This document shows positions 8,306-16,749 of a DNA stretch of 64,000 nucleotides, piece by piece (positions within the stretch are counted from its first letter, which is position 1; each line of letters begins with the position of its first letter). The DNA comes from a virus, in the IMG/VR virus record IMGVR_UViG_3300045988_181613, one strand, 5' to 3'. The position numbers and the translations under genes are program-made. A model generated the notes under the pieces. The model searched no databases. It saw nothing but the letters and a program-made list of their open reading frames with translations, and was not told where the DNA came from.

Positions 8306-9496
8306 TTATAGTGAGGTCAGATAATTATAAAAATTATATGTTATTAAATAATCTAAAGGATTATTCATAGTTCCTGTAGAAACAGGTTCAGGATATTCAT
8401 CCAGAAATTTTTTAAGTATCATAGGATCGAATGATTTAAAATTACCTGATTTCAAAGCTTCGATAAAAGATAATTCAAAAAATTCCCCTCTCTTAAAACA
8501 TTTAGAAAGATGTTTTAAGAAGTTTTTCCTTCCTCCAAACCAAACCTCTCCCGATACAGCTAAACAATGATAAGAATTGTTTTTTATTTGAGTTCCAAAA
8601 ATTCTGTGCATAATAGGAAAATAAATCTTCTCAGCACAGAAAGTAAGTGGATAATAAATAAGAGAGTACAAGAATGATACAAATTTAGAATACTTTCCAA
8701 TTATACAATTCTTCTCAAAAGTTTTTCTAAAACCATAAGCATAATACCAATTGTTAGCACCTCTCTTTACTTTTATCTTATATTTAAGATGATCTTCTCG
8801 ATCTTTTATTCTATCCCAAGGTTTTACTTTATTTGTATTAAAAGTGGGGAGATAAGTCCAGTAGTGATAAATAGAAGACCAATATGGATTATAAATCGTG
8901 TGATTGTTTTTAATCACGAAATCTAATATATTGGTCAATATTTTTTGTGACATTGCGACAATCCAGGGGTCTTTAATAATTTTACCCTTTGAAAGGAAAG
9001 AAAGAATAGGAGCGAGATTCCAAATTTGATCTTGACTTACAAAGGGTGAGAAACAAGGATCTTCATTTTTACCTTCATAAAGCATTCCATATGCACTTGT
9101 AATCTCTTCAGTTTTAAAAGATTCTTTCATTTGGATTGAAATATCATCTCTTAAAAAGAATCCAGGCTCATAACTAAAATTTATACCTGGATATTGTTCA
9201 AATGCCTTTTTTAAGGGAGTTTCAGATAAGCGATTTAGAGCCTGTAAAACATCTCCAATACGATTGATACATATCTCCTGATTTTGTTCTTCACAAACTA
9301 AATACTTAGAAACTAAGTAAAGAAGATATTGTGCCATGTTAATAGTTCCATCTCCAACATTTAAAGATTTAGATTTACCATCTTTAAATACAACAAAGGA
9401 AGCAGGAATATTAGATCCCTTTATACACAGACCTTCAACTATAAAATAATCATAGAAGAGGTCTGTGTATTCACTGTATTTTTCTTCATTTGTCAT
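8306..9496 (-). CDS. Hypothetical protein
   Basis: 396-aa ORF, no motif recognised. Confidence 0.6.
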   Translation of the reverse strand: MTNEEKYSEYTDLFYDYFIVEGLCIKGSNIPASFVVFKDGKSKSLNVGDGTINMAQYLLYLVSKYLVCEEQNQEICINRIGDVLQALNRLSETPLKKAFEQYPGINFSYEPGFFLRDDISIQMKESFKTEEITSAYGMLYEGKNEDPCFSPFVSQDQIWNLAPILSFLSKGKIIKDPWIVAMSQKILTNILDFVIKNNHTIYNPYWSSIYHYWTYLPTFNTNKVKPWDRIKDREDHLKYKIKVKRGANNWYYAYGFRKTFEKNCIIGKYSKFVSFLYSLIYYPLTFCAEKIYFPIMHRIFGTQIKNNSYHCLAVSGEVWFGGRKNFLKHLSKCFKRGEFFELSFIEALKSGNFKSFDPMILKKFLDEYPEPVSTGTMNNPLDYLITYNFYNYLTSL

Positions 9497-9717
9497 GTTG
9501 TAGGTCTGCTTTTCATTCTTGCTTTAGCTTCCAGATTTTCAACTATAATAGCTAAAGCATTAATGTTAGTGTTCTCAATAATCTGAACTCCCGGAATGGT
9601 AGTACGGAAGATCAATTCACCATTATCACCTATAATTCCAGACTGTACAATAGCATCGGGATGAATTTTTAAAATTCTTCCTTTGAGCTCTTCAAATTTT
9701 TTTTCGTATTCTGACAT
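9493..9717 (-). CDS. Hypothetical protein
   Basis: 74-aa ORF, ATGA-type overlap with next gene. Confidence 0.5.
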   Translation of the reverse strand: MSEYEKKFEELKGRILKIHPDAIVQSGIIGDNGELIFRTTIPGVQIIENTNINALAIIVENLEAKARMKSRPTT

Positions 9718-9755
9718 AATCTATTAATTTTTAAATGAAACCAATTTTTAAAAAA

Positions 9756-9783
9756 GAAGGAGTATTTTCGCAAACACTCCTTC
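9756..9783 (-). terminator. Intrinsic terminator / leader hairpin
   Basis: GAAGGAGT/ACTCCTTC 8-bp stem followed by TTTTTT on the minus strand. Confidence 0.65.
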
Positions 9784-9839
9784 CAGGAAAGAAAAACTGC
9801 CAAAAAATCGGAAAACTTTTTCTACTCTTTTGTTCTTGC

Positions 9840-9847
9840 TAAAGATA
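9840..9847 (-). promoter_or_regulatory. TATCTTTA promoter-like box with terminator hairpin in the leader
   Basis: Box, ~55 nt, terminator 9756..9783, then ATG 9717. Confidence 0.35.
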
Positions 9848-9872
9848 TAAACAATTTTTGAGAAAGAAAACT

Positions 9873-10046
9873 TTATGAATACCAAATTTCAGAATATTGG
9901 GGTTTGGTATCTAACTGTTCCTTTTCGGTGCTCACAGGAACAGTTTCTGTGTTCCTAAATTGTTCCTCTTTTTGACTGTAATATTCTTCATATCCATAGG
10001 ATTCTTTTCGAAAATCATCTCTCATATTAATAATTCTCTTCTTCAT
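9873..10046 (-). CDS. Hypothetical small protein (57 aa, below track cutoff)
   Basis: Own translation MKKRIINMRDDFRKESYGYEEYYSQKEEQFRNTETVPVSTEKEQLDTKPQYSEIWYS; starts 4 nt after stop of 10051..10311. Confidence 0.4.
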   Translation of the reverse strand: MKKRIINMRDDFRKESYGYEEYYSQKEEQFRNTETVPVSTEKEQLDTKPQYSEIWYS

Positions 10047-10050
10047 AATC

Positions 10051-10311
10051 TTAAAAGTAAACTGTTATCCAATTGTAATTCTCTTTCTGTAAAACTCTTT
10101 GTTTTACCCACATATGATTTCTTCCAAATCCATGAACAAAGAAATGATCATATCCAGGTATCTCCTCTTTAATCTTTCTCATTCCAAGCACAAGTTCTGA
10201 ACCGTTTTTAGCATCTAAAATCATGTTCAGGATCATAATCGCAATAGCAGGAGTAGGATCTCCGAGATGAACATTCACTAACTTACTGTCAATAGAAACG
10301 TTTAACTTCAT
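10051..10311 (-). CDS. Hypothetical protein
   Basis: Start moved to Met17 (MKLNVS) because box 10326..10333 lies in the longer ORF. Confidence 0.5.
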   Translation of the reverse strand: MKLNVSIDSKLVNVHLGDPTPAIAIMILNMILDAKNGSELVLGMRKIKEEIPGYDHFFVHGFGRNHMWVKQRVLQKENYNWITVYF

Positions 10312-10325
10312 ATTCTTTTTTATTC

Positions 10326-10333
10326 TAAAGATA
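10326..10333 (-). promoter_or_regulatory. TATCTTTA promoter box
   Basis: 15 nt upstream of ATG 10311. Confidence 0.45.
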
Positions 10334-10355
10334 CGAAGAAAGAGAGATCCTTTCT

Positions 10356-10685
10356 TCAATCTGGATCTCTCTTTACTTTATTTAACATTTCCCAGGTATC
10401 AATCATTTCATCTGCCTGTTCTTCCTCCGTAGGTCCTTTCTTTGGATTCTTTCGAAGATAATCACAAGCAGCTTCCAGAATCCTCTGGAAGACAGGTTTA
10501 CGGTAAGCCGTAACAATAAGACTGTCACAAATAAGATCAGCTGTTCCGTTAGATACAGAGAAAACTGCATTTCCCTCTCTTTCCATTAATTGGATGTGAT
10601 AAGCCAAAGACGGATATTTTTTAAGTAGATCAAACATCTCCTTAGAAGCTGAAAGTAATTCATCAGAAACTTCTTTTTTGTTCAT
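10356..10685 (-). CDS. Hypothetical protein
   Basis: 109-aa ORF. Confidence 0.55.
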   Translation of the reverse strand: MNKKEVSDELLSASKEMFDLLKKYPSLAYHIQLMEREGNAVFSVSNGTADLICDSLIVTAYRKPVFQRILEAACDYLRKNPKKGPTEEEQADEMIDTWEMLNKVKRDPD

Positions 10686-10834
10686 AAACTTTCTTTAATT
10701 AAATTGTTGTTGTACTCCATGCAATCTTGTTTATCCGTATAAGGACATTTATCTTTATAGGAGCAACGATTGCAATTATGATTGCTCCTACGTTCTACAT
10801 CAGGCAGAACTTTCTTAGTTACTTTCTTACTCAT
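10682..10834 (-). CDS. Cys-rich small protein (50 aa, below track cutoff)
   Basis: Own translation MSKKVTKKVLPDVERRSNHNCNRCSYKDKCPYTDKQDCMEYNNNLIKESL; ATGA overlaps at both ends couple it to its neighbours. Confidence 0.45.
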   Translation of the reverse strand: MSKKVTKKVLPDVERRSNHNCNRCSYKDKCPYTDKQDCMEYNNNLIKESL

Positions 10835-11013
10835 TGGAAAAATATTTTTAGATCGCTAAATAGAACAAAGTAGAAGAAATTTAAGAAGAGAATTATAATT
10901 CCCATTAAAACAAATCCCATATCATTCATGATATTACCATACTCATTCTTAGGCTGAGCTTTCCACCAATCGAGTGACTTGATAATTACTTTATCTCCAA
11001 CTTTTCTTTTCAT
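10831..11013 (-). CDS. Hypothetical small membrane protein
   Basis: 60-aa ORF with hydrophobic C-terminus. Confidence 0.4.
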   Translation of the reverse strand: MKRKVGDKVIIKSLDWWKAQPKNEYGNIMNDMGFVLMGIIILFLNFFYFVLFSDLKIFFQ

Positions 11014-11447
11014 ATTATTTCCTCCTCTGTAATTAATTCAACTAATGTATTTTCAAAAAAATAAACTCCAGTCTTAGCAGTACCATCAATAATATGTCCA
11101 TAAATAATCGCATCATTAATCTGGACATTATCATGTTTCAATATAAGAAGTTTTGAAATATTAACTTTTGCTTTTTTGAAAGCATCGCTATCACTTAGCT
11201 TGTGAAGTTTGTAAAGACCTTCATATTCCATCTTTCTCAATTCTCCCATTGTGACAATCTTCTTTGATTTGAAATATTCTTCAAGAGCTTCTTTTACTCG
11301 CATCAATTCCCCTTCTGTCATGTAGGGAAGACAAGTTGTTTGATGATTCATGCAGACACTCAAAGACAGTTTTCTATTAGTCCCTGCATCTTCCTCCTTC
11401 TTAATCTCTACTTTGATCTGGCGATCTTTCTTAAATTTCTCTTCCAT
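11010..11447 (-). CDS. Hypothetical protein
   Basis: 145-aa ORF. Confidence 0.55.
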   Translation of the reverse strand: MEEKFKKDRQIKVEIKKEEDAGTNRKLSLSVCMNHQTTCLPYMTEGELMRVKEALEEYFKSKKIVTMGELRKMEYEGLYKLHKLSDSDAFKKAKVNISKLLILKHDNVQINDAIIYGHIIDGTAKTGVYFFENTLVELITEEEII

Positions 11448-11453
11448 ATCTTT

Positions 11454-11732
11454 TTATTTTTTAGTATATCTATCTCTGAACTCTTCTATATCATAGGTCA
11501 TCTCAATATCCAGAAATCTGGGATTTATATCCTTTATTATTCGAAATTTAACTATAGTCTCTCTATAGTCATTTCTCCTTACATCCAATACTTTTACCTC
11601 TTCGAGAGACTCTTCGAAAGGATCATTCGTCTTTTTCCTATAGATAGCTCCTACTTTAGGTGCTTTGAATACTTCGATTATCATAAAGAGTGTTCCGAGA
11701 ATGCCGATTATAATTCCTATTGATATCATCAT
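11454..11732 (-). CDS. Hypothetical protein with N-terminal TM helix
   Basis: MMISIGIIIGILGTLFMIIEVF; box 11757..11764 is 25 nt upstream. Confidence 0.55.
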   Translation of the reverse strand: MMISIGIIIGILGTLFMIIEVFKAPKVGAIYRKKTNDPFEESLEEVKVLDVRRNDYRETIVKFRIIKDINPRFLDIEMTYDIEEFRDRYTKK

Positions 11733-11756
11733 ATCTTTCTTCTTTTTTGTTATGCC

Positions 11757-11764
11757 TAAAGATA
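11757..11764 (-). promoter_or_regulatory. TATCTTTA promoter box
   Basis: GCAGTATCTTTAGG, 25 nt upstream of ATG 11732; first gene after the 1.5-kb non-coding region. Confidence 0.6.
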
Positions 11765-11821
11765 CTGCTTTTCTTCGTGCGAGCCTCGAAAGTGGATTGT
11801 TTTTCTTTTAAAATTCTATTC

Positions 11822-12067
11822 TATCTTAAAAATCGGACATAAGATTTGGCCTAACCTCGGTGTATTTTTAAGCATGTCTTAGTTTTATCTTAAAAATCGG
11901 ATACTACTTTAATAGTTCACCCTTGTATCCGCCCTAATTTTTTGCCTATATAAAGACCTTTTTGAAAATCTTATATACTCTCGAGTCTGTGTTTTTGAGT
12001 GGAGTTCCATGGTACGGGACTCAAATTTTTGCTTATATAGGTGATTTTGAAAATTTTATATATAGGA
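11822..12067. repeat. Two pairs of direct repeats in the non-coding region
   Basis: TATCTTAAAAATCGGA at 11822..11837 and 11886..11901 (exact). About 45-nt imperfect copies TTTTTGC(C/T)TATATA...TTTTGAAAAT(C/T)TTATATA at ~11936..11980 and ~12023..12067. Confidence 0.8.
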
Positions 12068-12256
12068 GCTATTGGGTTTTGGGAGCTTGTGTTTCATAAT
12101 CAATCTCAAAAAATAAGGATTGTTCTTTTTGGGTTTTTTGTACAAATATTGCTCCATAACGCTCCATCAATATAATCTATCTTCTTGATAATCAACATCT
12201 ATCGCTCTCGTCTTGATAGATCCTCTCGATCTCCCTTGATAAATTTCATTTCATCG

Positions 12257-12294
12257 CTTCTATCTATATATATTATAATATATATAGATAGAAG
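12257..12294. repeat. 38-bp perfect palindrome
   Basis: CTTCTATCTATATATATTA|TAATATATATAGATAGAAG checked base by base. Confidence 0.95.
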
Positions 12295-12339
12295 GTATCA
12301 TCTGTTTGATCGAGTATATCAATCCCTCCCTTCGTTTTA

Positions 12340-12700
12340 ATAGGTTTTATTTAATCGCTCGTTTCTATCTGATTAGTTATATTGATAGCTTTTATTTAAT
12401 CGATTAAACTAATCAAAACAAGCTTATTTATCGATTCTATTTAATAGATCTTATCTATTAACTGCTTGATAATGATCGATGTTATCTAATAGGTGTTCTC
12501 TATCATATGGGCTCTCTCGATAGCTATGGGTTAATCGATATTGTCTCTTATATAGATAAGGTTTCTTGATCACGCTCGATCGCTTTTATCTCTCAATCCA
12601 ATCGAATCCCTCTATCCTTTCAATCAATCTTATCTGGTATTCCCTCAATCATCTTTACCTCTCTCCTCGATTGATTCTATCGATCTCCCATTCCTTTTCT
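12340..12700. repeat. Iteron-like field rich in ATCGAT / TTATTTAATCG / CTTGATA motifs
   Basis: TTTTATTTAATCG twice (12347, 12391). 14-nt palindrome TTTAATCGATTAAA (12395..12408). ATCGAT recurs near 12431, 12474, 12533 and 12679. Confidence 0.6.
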
Positions 12701-12839
12701 CGATCTCCTCGATAACTTCCCTCTATCCTTCTTTCCCTATCGACTACCTCTATTTCTCCCATAGGGAATATCTATCAATAGTTCCCCTCTTACTGGAGTT
12801 CCAAACTTGACTTTTCTTATTACATTTTTATTCTCTTTC

Positions 12840-13091
12840 TATACCTTTATTAGGATTAATACTATCAAAAGGTTTCCAGTTCCCTTACATATATACCTTA
12901 TCCCTATTCTTCTTAGTCTATTTCTTGCCTAATCCTATACTTATCTCTTACCATATTATTTCTTATTTTAAGGCGATCTAATACATTTACTCCATCTTAC
13001 CCTACCTTCTATACCTTATACCTAATATCATTCTTTATACCTTCTTATATTGATCTTATTCCTTTATTATTTTCTTTTCTCCCTATACCTT
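12840..13091. repeat. Array of five exact TATACCTT octamers in a G-poor, pyrimidine-rich tract
   Basis: Copies at 12840, 12892, 13010, 13036, 13084 (plus variants TATACTTA, TATACCTA); 76-nt G-free run 12976..13051. Confidence 0.8.
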
Positions 13092-13222
13092 TGATCAATA
13101 TTTTCTATCTACATTTTATTCCTTCTTTCTTGATTATCTCCTATCTATCAATTAGGATCGATAATATCTATCTTATGGAGCAAAAGAAAAGGTAGTATTT
13201 CTACTACCTTATTTCTATTTGA

Positions 13223-13681
13223 TCAATTCATGTCCTCTTCTTGTACATATTCGATCTTTTCTTCTTGGTTGGCTAACCAATCCAACCTTTTCTGTTTGAA
13301 AAACTTATCAAATATTCTCTTGGTATTGTGGCTCGGAGTTCCCAAAACCTTGCAGCACTTGTAGATGGTACAATTCTTATCCATATAATGCTTTTCGAAA
13401 TACTTATAGATTTCATAAGCTTGCGATCCGTCTCTTGGAATATCGTAGCTTATTGATCTTCCTTTTCTCTTTTTAGGTTCTTCTACCTTCATTGCTAAAT
13501 CCTGATAGATGATTGCTGGTAGCAAACTTACCTGTTGGATTTCCTGGATCTCTTCAATTTCCTCTGATTGATTTTCTTTCTTAGCCTGATCGATTAAAAC
13601 GATCAATTCTTCTTTTGCATACTTGGTATAATTCTTGATACCTAATTTGCTTGCTTCTTTTCTTAATTCATTCGTTGTCAT
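13223..13681 (-). CDS. HeH/Rho-N (SAP-like) domain DNA-binding protein
   Basis: MTTNELRKEASKLGIKNYTKYAKEELIVLI matches the HeH/Rho_N motif; paralogous ends with 54196..54882. Confidence 0.55.
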   Translation of the reverse strand: MTTNELRKEASKLGIKNYTKYAKEELIVLIDQAKKENQSEEIEEIQEIQQVSLLPAIIYQDLAMKVEEPKKRKGRSISYDIPRDGSQAYEIYKYFEKHYMDKNCTIYKCCKVLGTPSHNTKRIFDKFFKQKRLDWLANQEEKIEYVQEEDMN

Positions 13682-13726
13682 GATTGTAATGTTTTTATTG
13701 TTAATATTGCTTTTATTATTATGATA

Positions 13727-13734
13727 TAAAGATA
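13727..13734 (-). promoter_or_regulatory. TATCTTTA promoter box (proximal of a tandem pair)
   Basis: Minus strand AATTTGGCGAGCTAAAATAAAAGCCTTATCTTTA: TTTG about 20 nt upstream; 46 nt from ATG 13681. Confidence 0.6.
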
Positions 13735-13838
13735 AGGCTTTTATTTTAGCTCGCCAAATTATTTTGCTTAAAATATTTAAACGCTCTCCTAATAAATCTT
13801 ATCAATACATCAATGATCTTTTCTCTTTTTCTTATACC

Positions 13839-13846
13839 TAAATATA
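13839..13846 (-). promoter_or_regulatory. TATATTTA promoter box (distal of a tandem pair)
   Basis: Minus strand TTTTTGTAGGTATAGGAATAAGCCGTATATTTAGG; shares the upstream TTATTAGGAGAGC...TTTAAGCAAAATA module with the proximal copy. Confidence 0.45.
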
Positions 13847-14177
13847 CGGCTTATTCCTATACCTACAAAAATATTTTGCTTAAAAATGCTTCAGGCTCTC
13901 CTAATAAATACTACTGTATTTTTGATAGATTTTATTTATACCCTTAATAGATCTACTTTATCCTCTGATTTATTTTAAAGCGATTTAAACAGCGATCTAT
14001 ATTTTAGCTTAGGAAGACTATAGTTTTAATATTTTTCTTCAGTAAATCGCTTTAAAACTATATATATGCGATTCATTTATATATTTCATTATGCTATTTT
14101 GATAAATAGTTTCTATCAATCATAGCGATCCTATAGATATTTTCTATCATTATTTTCATCCTTTTTAATCCAAATAT

Positions 14178-14209
14178 TTTGGCTCGCCAATAAATAAGCC
14201 CTATATTTA
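14178..14209 (+). promoter_or_regulatory. Plus-strand promoter (TTTG, 20 nt, TATATTTA)
   Basis: ATTTTGGCTCGCCAATAAATAAGCCCTATATTTAGG; mirrors the minus-strand TTTGGCGAGC promoters; 25 nt from ATG 14235. Confidence 0.55.
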
Positions 14210-14234
14210 GGTATAAATAAAAACAAACAATAAA

Positions 14235-14513
14235 ATGAGAGCAACCCATATTTATACGGAGCAATTCGATACCAACAGAAAGTTGGCGAATAGGGCATTA
14301 AAAGCCATGAATGATATTTCTGATGCAGATAATGGTACAATTAGAAATCCTTTTGAACTTGCAAGTTCAACAATGAAAGATGGGAGAACCTTGATCCAAA
14401 CTATCTATGAAGATGGTGAAGTAAGGTACTTGGATTTCTCCAGAATCCTTTGTTACTATTACCAGTATCATATCTCCTTGTTTGATTTAGTTTTTTTGCT
14501 ATTCATGTGTTGA
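14235..14513 (+). CDS. Hypothetical protein; only plausible plus-strand gene in the window
   Basis: Plus-strand TTTG (14178..14181), 20 nt, TATATTTA (14202..14209), then ATG 25 nt later; coding-like composition; 3' end converges on 14468..14680. Confidence 0.5.
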   Translation: MRATHIYTEQFDTNRKLANRALKAMNDISDADNGTIRNPFELASSTMKDGRTLIQTIYEDGEVRYLDFSRILCYYYQYHISLFDLVFLLFMC

Positions 14514-14680
14514 TGAACCATCATTAGAACGGAGTTGATTGCCTCTTTATTCTTATCCACTTCATCACGTGGGCAATCGGCTATGAAGTCCTCTATGCCT
14601 ACATACAACTTTGATAGTTCTTTAACTGTCATAGTGTAACGTTGTGCGCCAAATTCATCTATTATCATGAGGTTATGCAC
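14468..14680 (-). CDS. Hypothetical protein
   Basis: Track start is GTG 14680; first ATG at 14668 (MIIDEFGAQRY). Confidence 0.5.
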   Translation of the reverse strand: MHNLMIIDEFGAQRYTMTVKELSKLYVGIEDFIADCPRDEVDKNKEAINSVLMMVHQHMNSKKTKSNKEI

Positions 14681-14683
14681 TAT

Positions 14684-14701
14684 GCAGGGCTTTCGCCCTG
14701 C
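14684..14701. other. GC-rich hairpin between two minus-strand genes
   Basis: GCAGGGC tttc GCCCTGC; no U-tail on either strand, so not a classical terminator. Confidence 0.5.
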
Positions 14702-14712
14702 TGGTTAAAAAC

Positions 14713-14892
14713 TTAGTTTATCTCGTAATAGGGTTGTTCGCCTCTAATAACTCTCTTGGCATCAGCGATGCTAGCGTACAGCTTTGAATAGTCGCCATCT
14801 ATAATTGCAAACTCTTGGCTAAAGGCATCTTTAAACATTGTTACTGTGTGACCTTTGTAACTTACTTCTTTCAAAATCTTATTTGTTGCCAT
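14713..14892 (-). CDS. Hypothetical small protein (59 aa, below track cutoff)
   Basis: Own translation MATNKILKEVSYKGHTVTMFKDAFSQEFAIIDGDYSKLYASIADAKRVIRGEQPYYEIN; box 14937..14944 is 45 nt upstream. Confidence 0.5.
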   Translation of the reverse strand: MATNKILKEVSYKGHTVTMFKDAFSQEFAIIDGDYSKLYASIADAKRVIRGEQPYYEIN

Positions 14893-14936
14893 AATCGTAT
14901 ATCTTTTAATTGTTATTATTGCTTCTTTTAGTATTA

Positions 14937-14944
14937 TAAAGATA
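14937..14944 (-). promoter_or_regulatory. TATCTTTA promoter box
   Basis: 45 nt upstream of ATG 14892; upstream TTTTGGCGATCC. Confidence 0.6.
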
Positions 14945-15026
14945 CTGCTTATTTATAGGATCGCCAAAATAATATTCTTAAAAAAGATAAAAATTATCAT
15001 CGAAAATATCTATCTGATCAATTAGA

Positions 15027-15380
15027 TTATGTATAGAGATCTATCACTTTTTCCAAAGTAATTAATGGATCATTCAAATAAATTAATACCAGTACCTTAA
15101 AAGATAAAGGATATTTATTTCTTCCTCTCCCTATTTTAACATATATAGATTCTAATATTTCAAAATCTCCTTTCAAGAAATGAACGGCCCATTCATGAAA
15201 AGTTTTTTCTAATTTTGGGCCATCTATTTCCAAATTGTAGTTTTCAATATCACCAATCCAACAAGGGTTCAAATTTTTCAAAAGATCCATCAATAAAATA
15301 TCTTTTGAAAGATAATTTATAAGGTAAATGGAAGTACCACGTTTACCTTTACTTATAAATAAAGGAATTTTATTATTCAT
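15027..15380 (-). CDS. Hypothetical protein
   Basis: 117-aa ORF with box 15422..15429 upstream. Confidence 0.55.
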   Translation of the reverse strand: MNNKIPLFISKGKRGTSIYLINYLSKDILLMDLLKNLNPCWIGDIENYNLEIDGPKLEKTFHEWAVHFLKGDFEILESIYVKIGRGRNKYPLSFKVLVLIYLNDPLITLEKVIDLYT

Positions 15381-15421
15381 GATTAATTCTTTTAATGTTT
15401 ATGTTTCTTTTTATTATATCA

Positions 15422-15429
15422 TAAAGATA
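15422..15429 (-). promoter_or_regulatory. TATCTTTA promoter box
   Basis: 42 nt upstream of ATG 15380. Confidence 0.6.
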
Positions 15430-15519
15430 CAACTTATAGCTCTCCTATGCAAATTATTTTGCTTAAAAAAGATAAAAATAGTGATAGAAAGTTCCACTCT
15501 ATAAGAGAAATAGAATTGA

Positions 15520-15999
15520 TCATTTAAAGGAAACTATAATCTCCAATTCATTATTTTCTGGATCACTATCACGTTTAGTAATAGAAAAAGGATTGCAATC
15601 AATAGATATTTCAAACCCTAATTCTTTTGTTAAATTTTCTTCCAGTTTTGATACCTTAGAAGCGAATCTATCCTGAATTGTTTCGAATCGCTTCGGCGAT
15701 TCATATGGTGGTCTGTAAATATATTTTTTGAAGGTACATTTAAAGTAAACGTTAAAAGCTGATTGATCCCCTTTTGGATCAATATAAGGATTATAATAAT
15801 TCCCCATCCAATCCTCATAAACTGGATTTTTAAAACCACTTTTATGAAGAATTTCTTTTATTTTAGAAAGATGTTGGATTGCTCTTTCTTTATTTTCTTC
15901 ATACCATTTCTGATATTTTCTCATATCTTCTATTTCGATCAAATTTCTATCGATCATTTTCTGGACTTTTTGAGAGCCGTTTTCAATTACTTTTTCCAT
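15520..15999 (-). CDS. Hypothetical protein
   Basis: 159-aa ORF with box 16029..16036 upstream. Confidence 0.6.
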   Translation of the reverse strand: MEKVIENGSQKVQKMIDRNLIEIEDMRKYQKWYEENKERAIQHLSKIKEILHKSGFKNPVYEDWMGNYYNPYIDPKGDQSAFNVYFKCTFKKYIYRPPYESPKRFETIQDRFASKVSKLEENLTKELGFEISIDCNPFSITKRDSDPENNELEIIVSFK

Positions 16000-16028
16000 G
16001 ACTTACTTGTTTTATTGTTTCTAATGAC

Positions 16029-16036
16029 TAAAGATA
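16029..16036 (-). promoter_or_regulatory. TATCTTTA promoter box
   Basis: 30 nt upstream of ATG 15999; upstream TTTAGCTCGCCAAG. Confidence 0.6.
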
Positions 16037-16151
16037 CTGCTTATTTCTATGCAAAAGCTTATCTTGGCGAGCTAAAATAAAAAAGGATTGACTAATCTCA
16101 CGATCCGTCAATCCAGAAACAATAAAACATTATTTAATAATCATGACCTAA

Positions 16152-16454
16152 TCACCCTTCTCTCTTTTCAAAACAGAGACGGTGATAATAGATATCTTTA
16201 TATTTGGTCCATCCTCCAGTTTCATAAACTTCTAATCCACAAACAGGACAGATTCCCACTATTTCTTTATTACATAACCTTGCTTTTGGTAAATTATTTT
16301 CAATTTGATACCCTTTCGTTTGCCAAGCTCTCTTGACTGCTCCTACTGATGAAGAACGAAAAGGATATATTTTACTTATTGACTCTACTCCATTTTTATC
16401 AATAGAGCGGACAACAAATTTTTCTTTATCCACTAATTCAAATATTGCCTTCAT
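16152..16454 (-). CDS. Hypothetical protein with C-terminal Zn-finger-like motif
   Basis: CPVCGLEVYETGGWTKYKDIYYHRLC (CxxC...HxxC). Confidence 0.5.
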   Translation of the reverse strand: MKAIFELVDKEKFVVRSIDKNGVESISKIYPFRSSSVGAVKRAWQTKGYQIENNLPKARLCNKEIVGICPVCGLEVYETGGWTKYKDIYYHRLCFEKREG

Positions 16455-16470
16455 TTTCTTATCGTTTGCC

Positions 16471-16478
16471 TAAAGATA
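16471..16478 (-). promoter_or_regulatory. TATCTTTA promoter box
   Basis: 17 nt upstream of ATG 16454. Confidence 0.5.
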
Positions 16479-16484
16479 CTACTT

Positions 16485-16715
16485 TTATTCATTAATATCC
16501 TCTTCAGGATCTTCTTCTTCAGTTAATTTTGTCTCCCAAATTAAATACATAAGGCACATTCCAATTGCAAGTGTGCATAAATAATCCAAAGGCTTATCTG
16601 GATTACAAGCACTTATCAATACAACTATAACCACTATTACAGATAAGGAAATTTGCAATAATACTCCGATTCCCTTTAATAAAAATGTTAGGATGGATAA
16701 TAATACTCTTTTCAT
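16485..16715 (-). CDS. Small membrane protein
   Basis: Start moved to Met32 (MKRVLLSILTFLLK) since box 16750..16757 lies inside the longer ORF; two TM helices, acidic tail. Confidence 0.5.
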   Translation of the reverse strand: MKRVLLSILTFLLKGIGVLLQISLSVIVVIVVLISACNPDKPLDYLCTLAIGMCLMYLIWETKLTEEEDPEEDINE

Positions 16716-16749
16716 TGTTTTATTGTTTTTATTTGTTTTAATTATAACG

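Noticed and set aside
11733-13222. Possible CRISPR array or tRNA cluster in the repeat-rich non-coding region
   Set aside because: The repeats are short (8-16 nt), heterogeneous and irregularly spaced, with no constant repeat-spacer period. No cloverleaf-compatible segment was seen, and no cas genes are present in the window.
14131-14340. 69-aa minus-strand ORF
   Set aside because: It overlaps the plus-strand promoter and the start of 14235..14513. It has no box upstream and an implausible composition (Tyr/Leu/His-rich).
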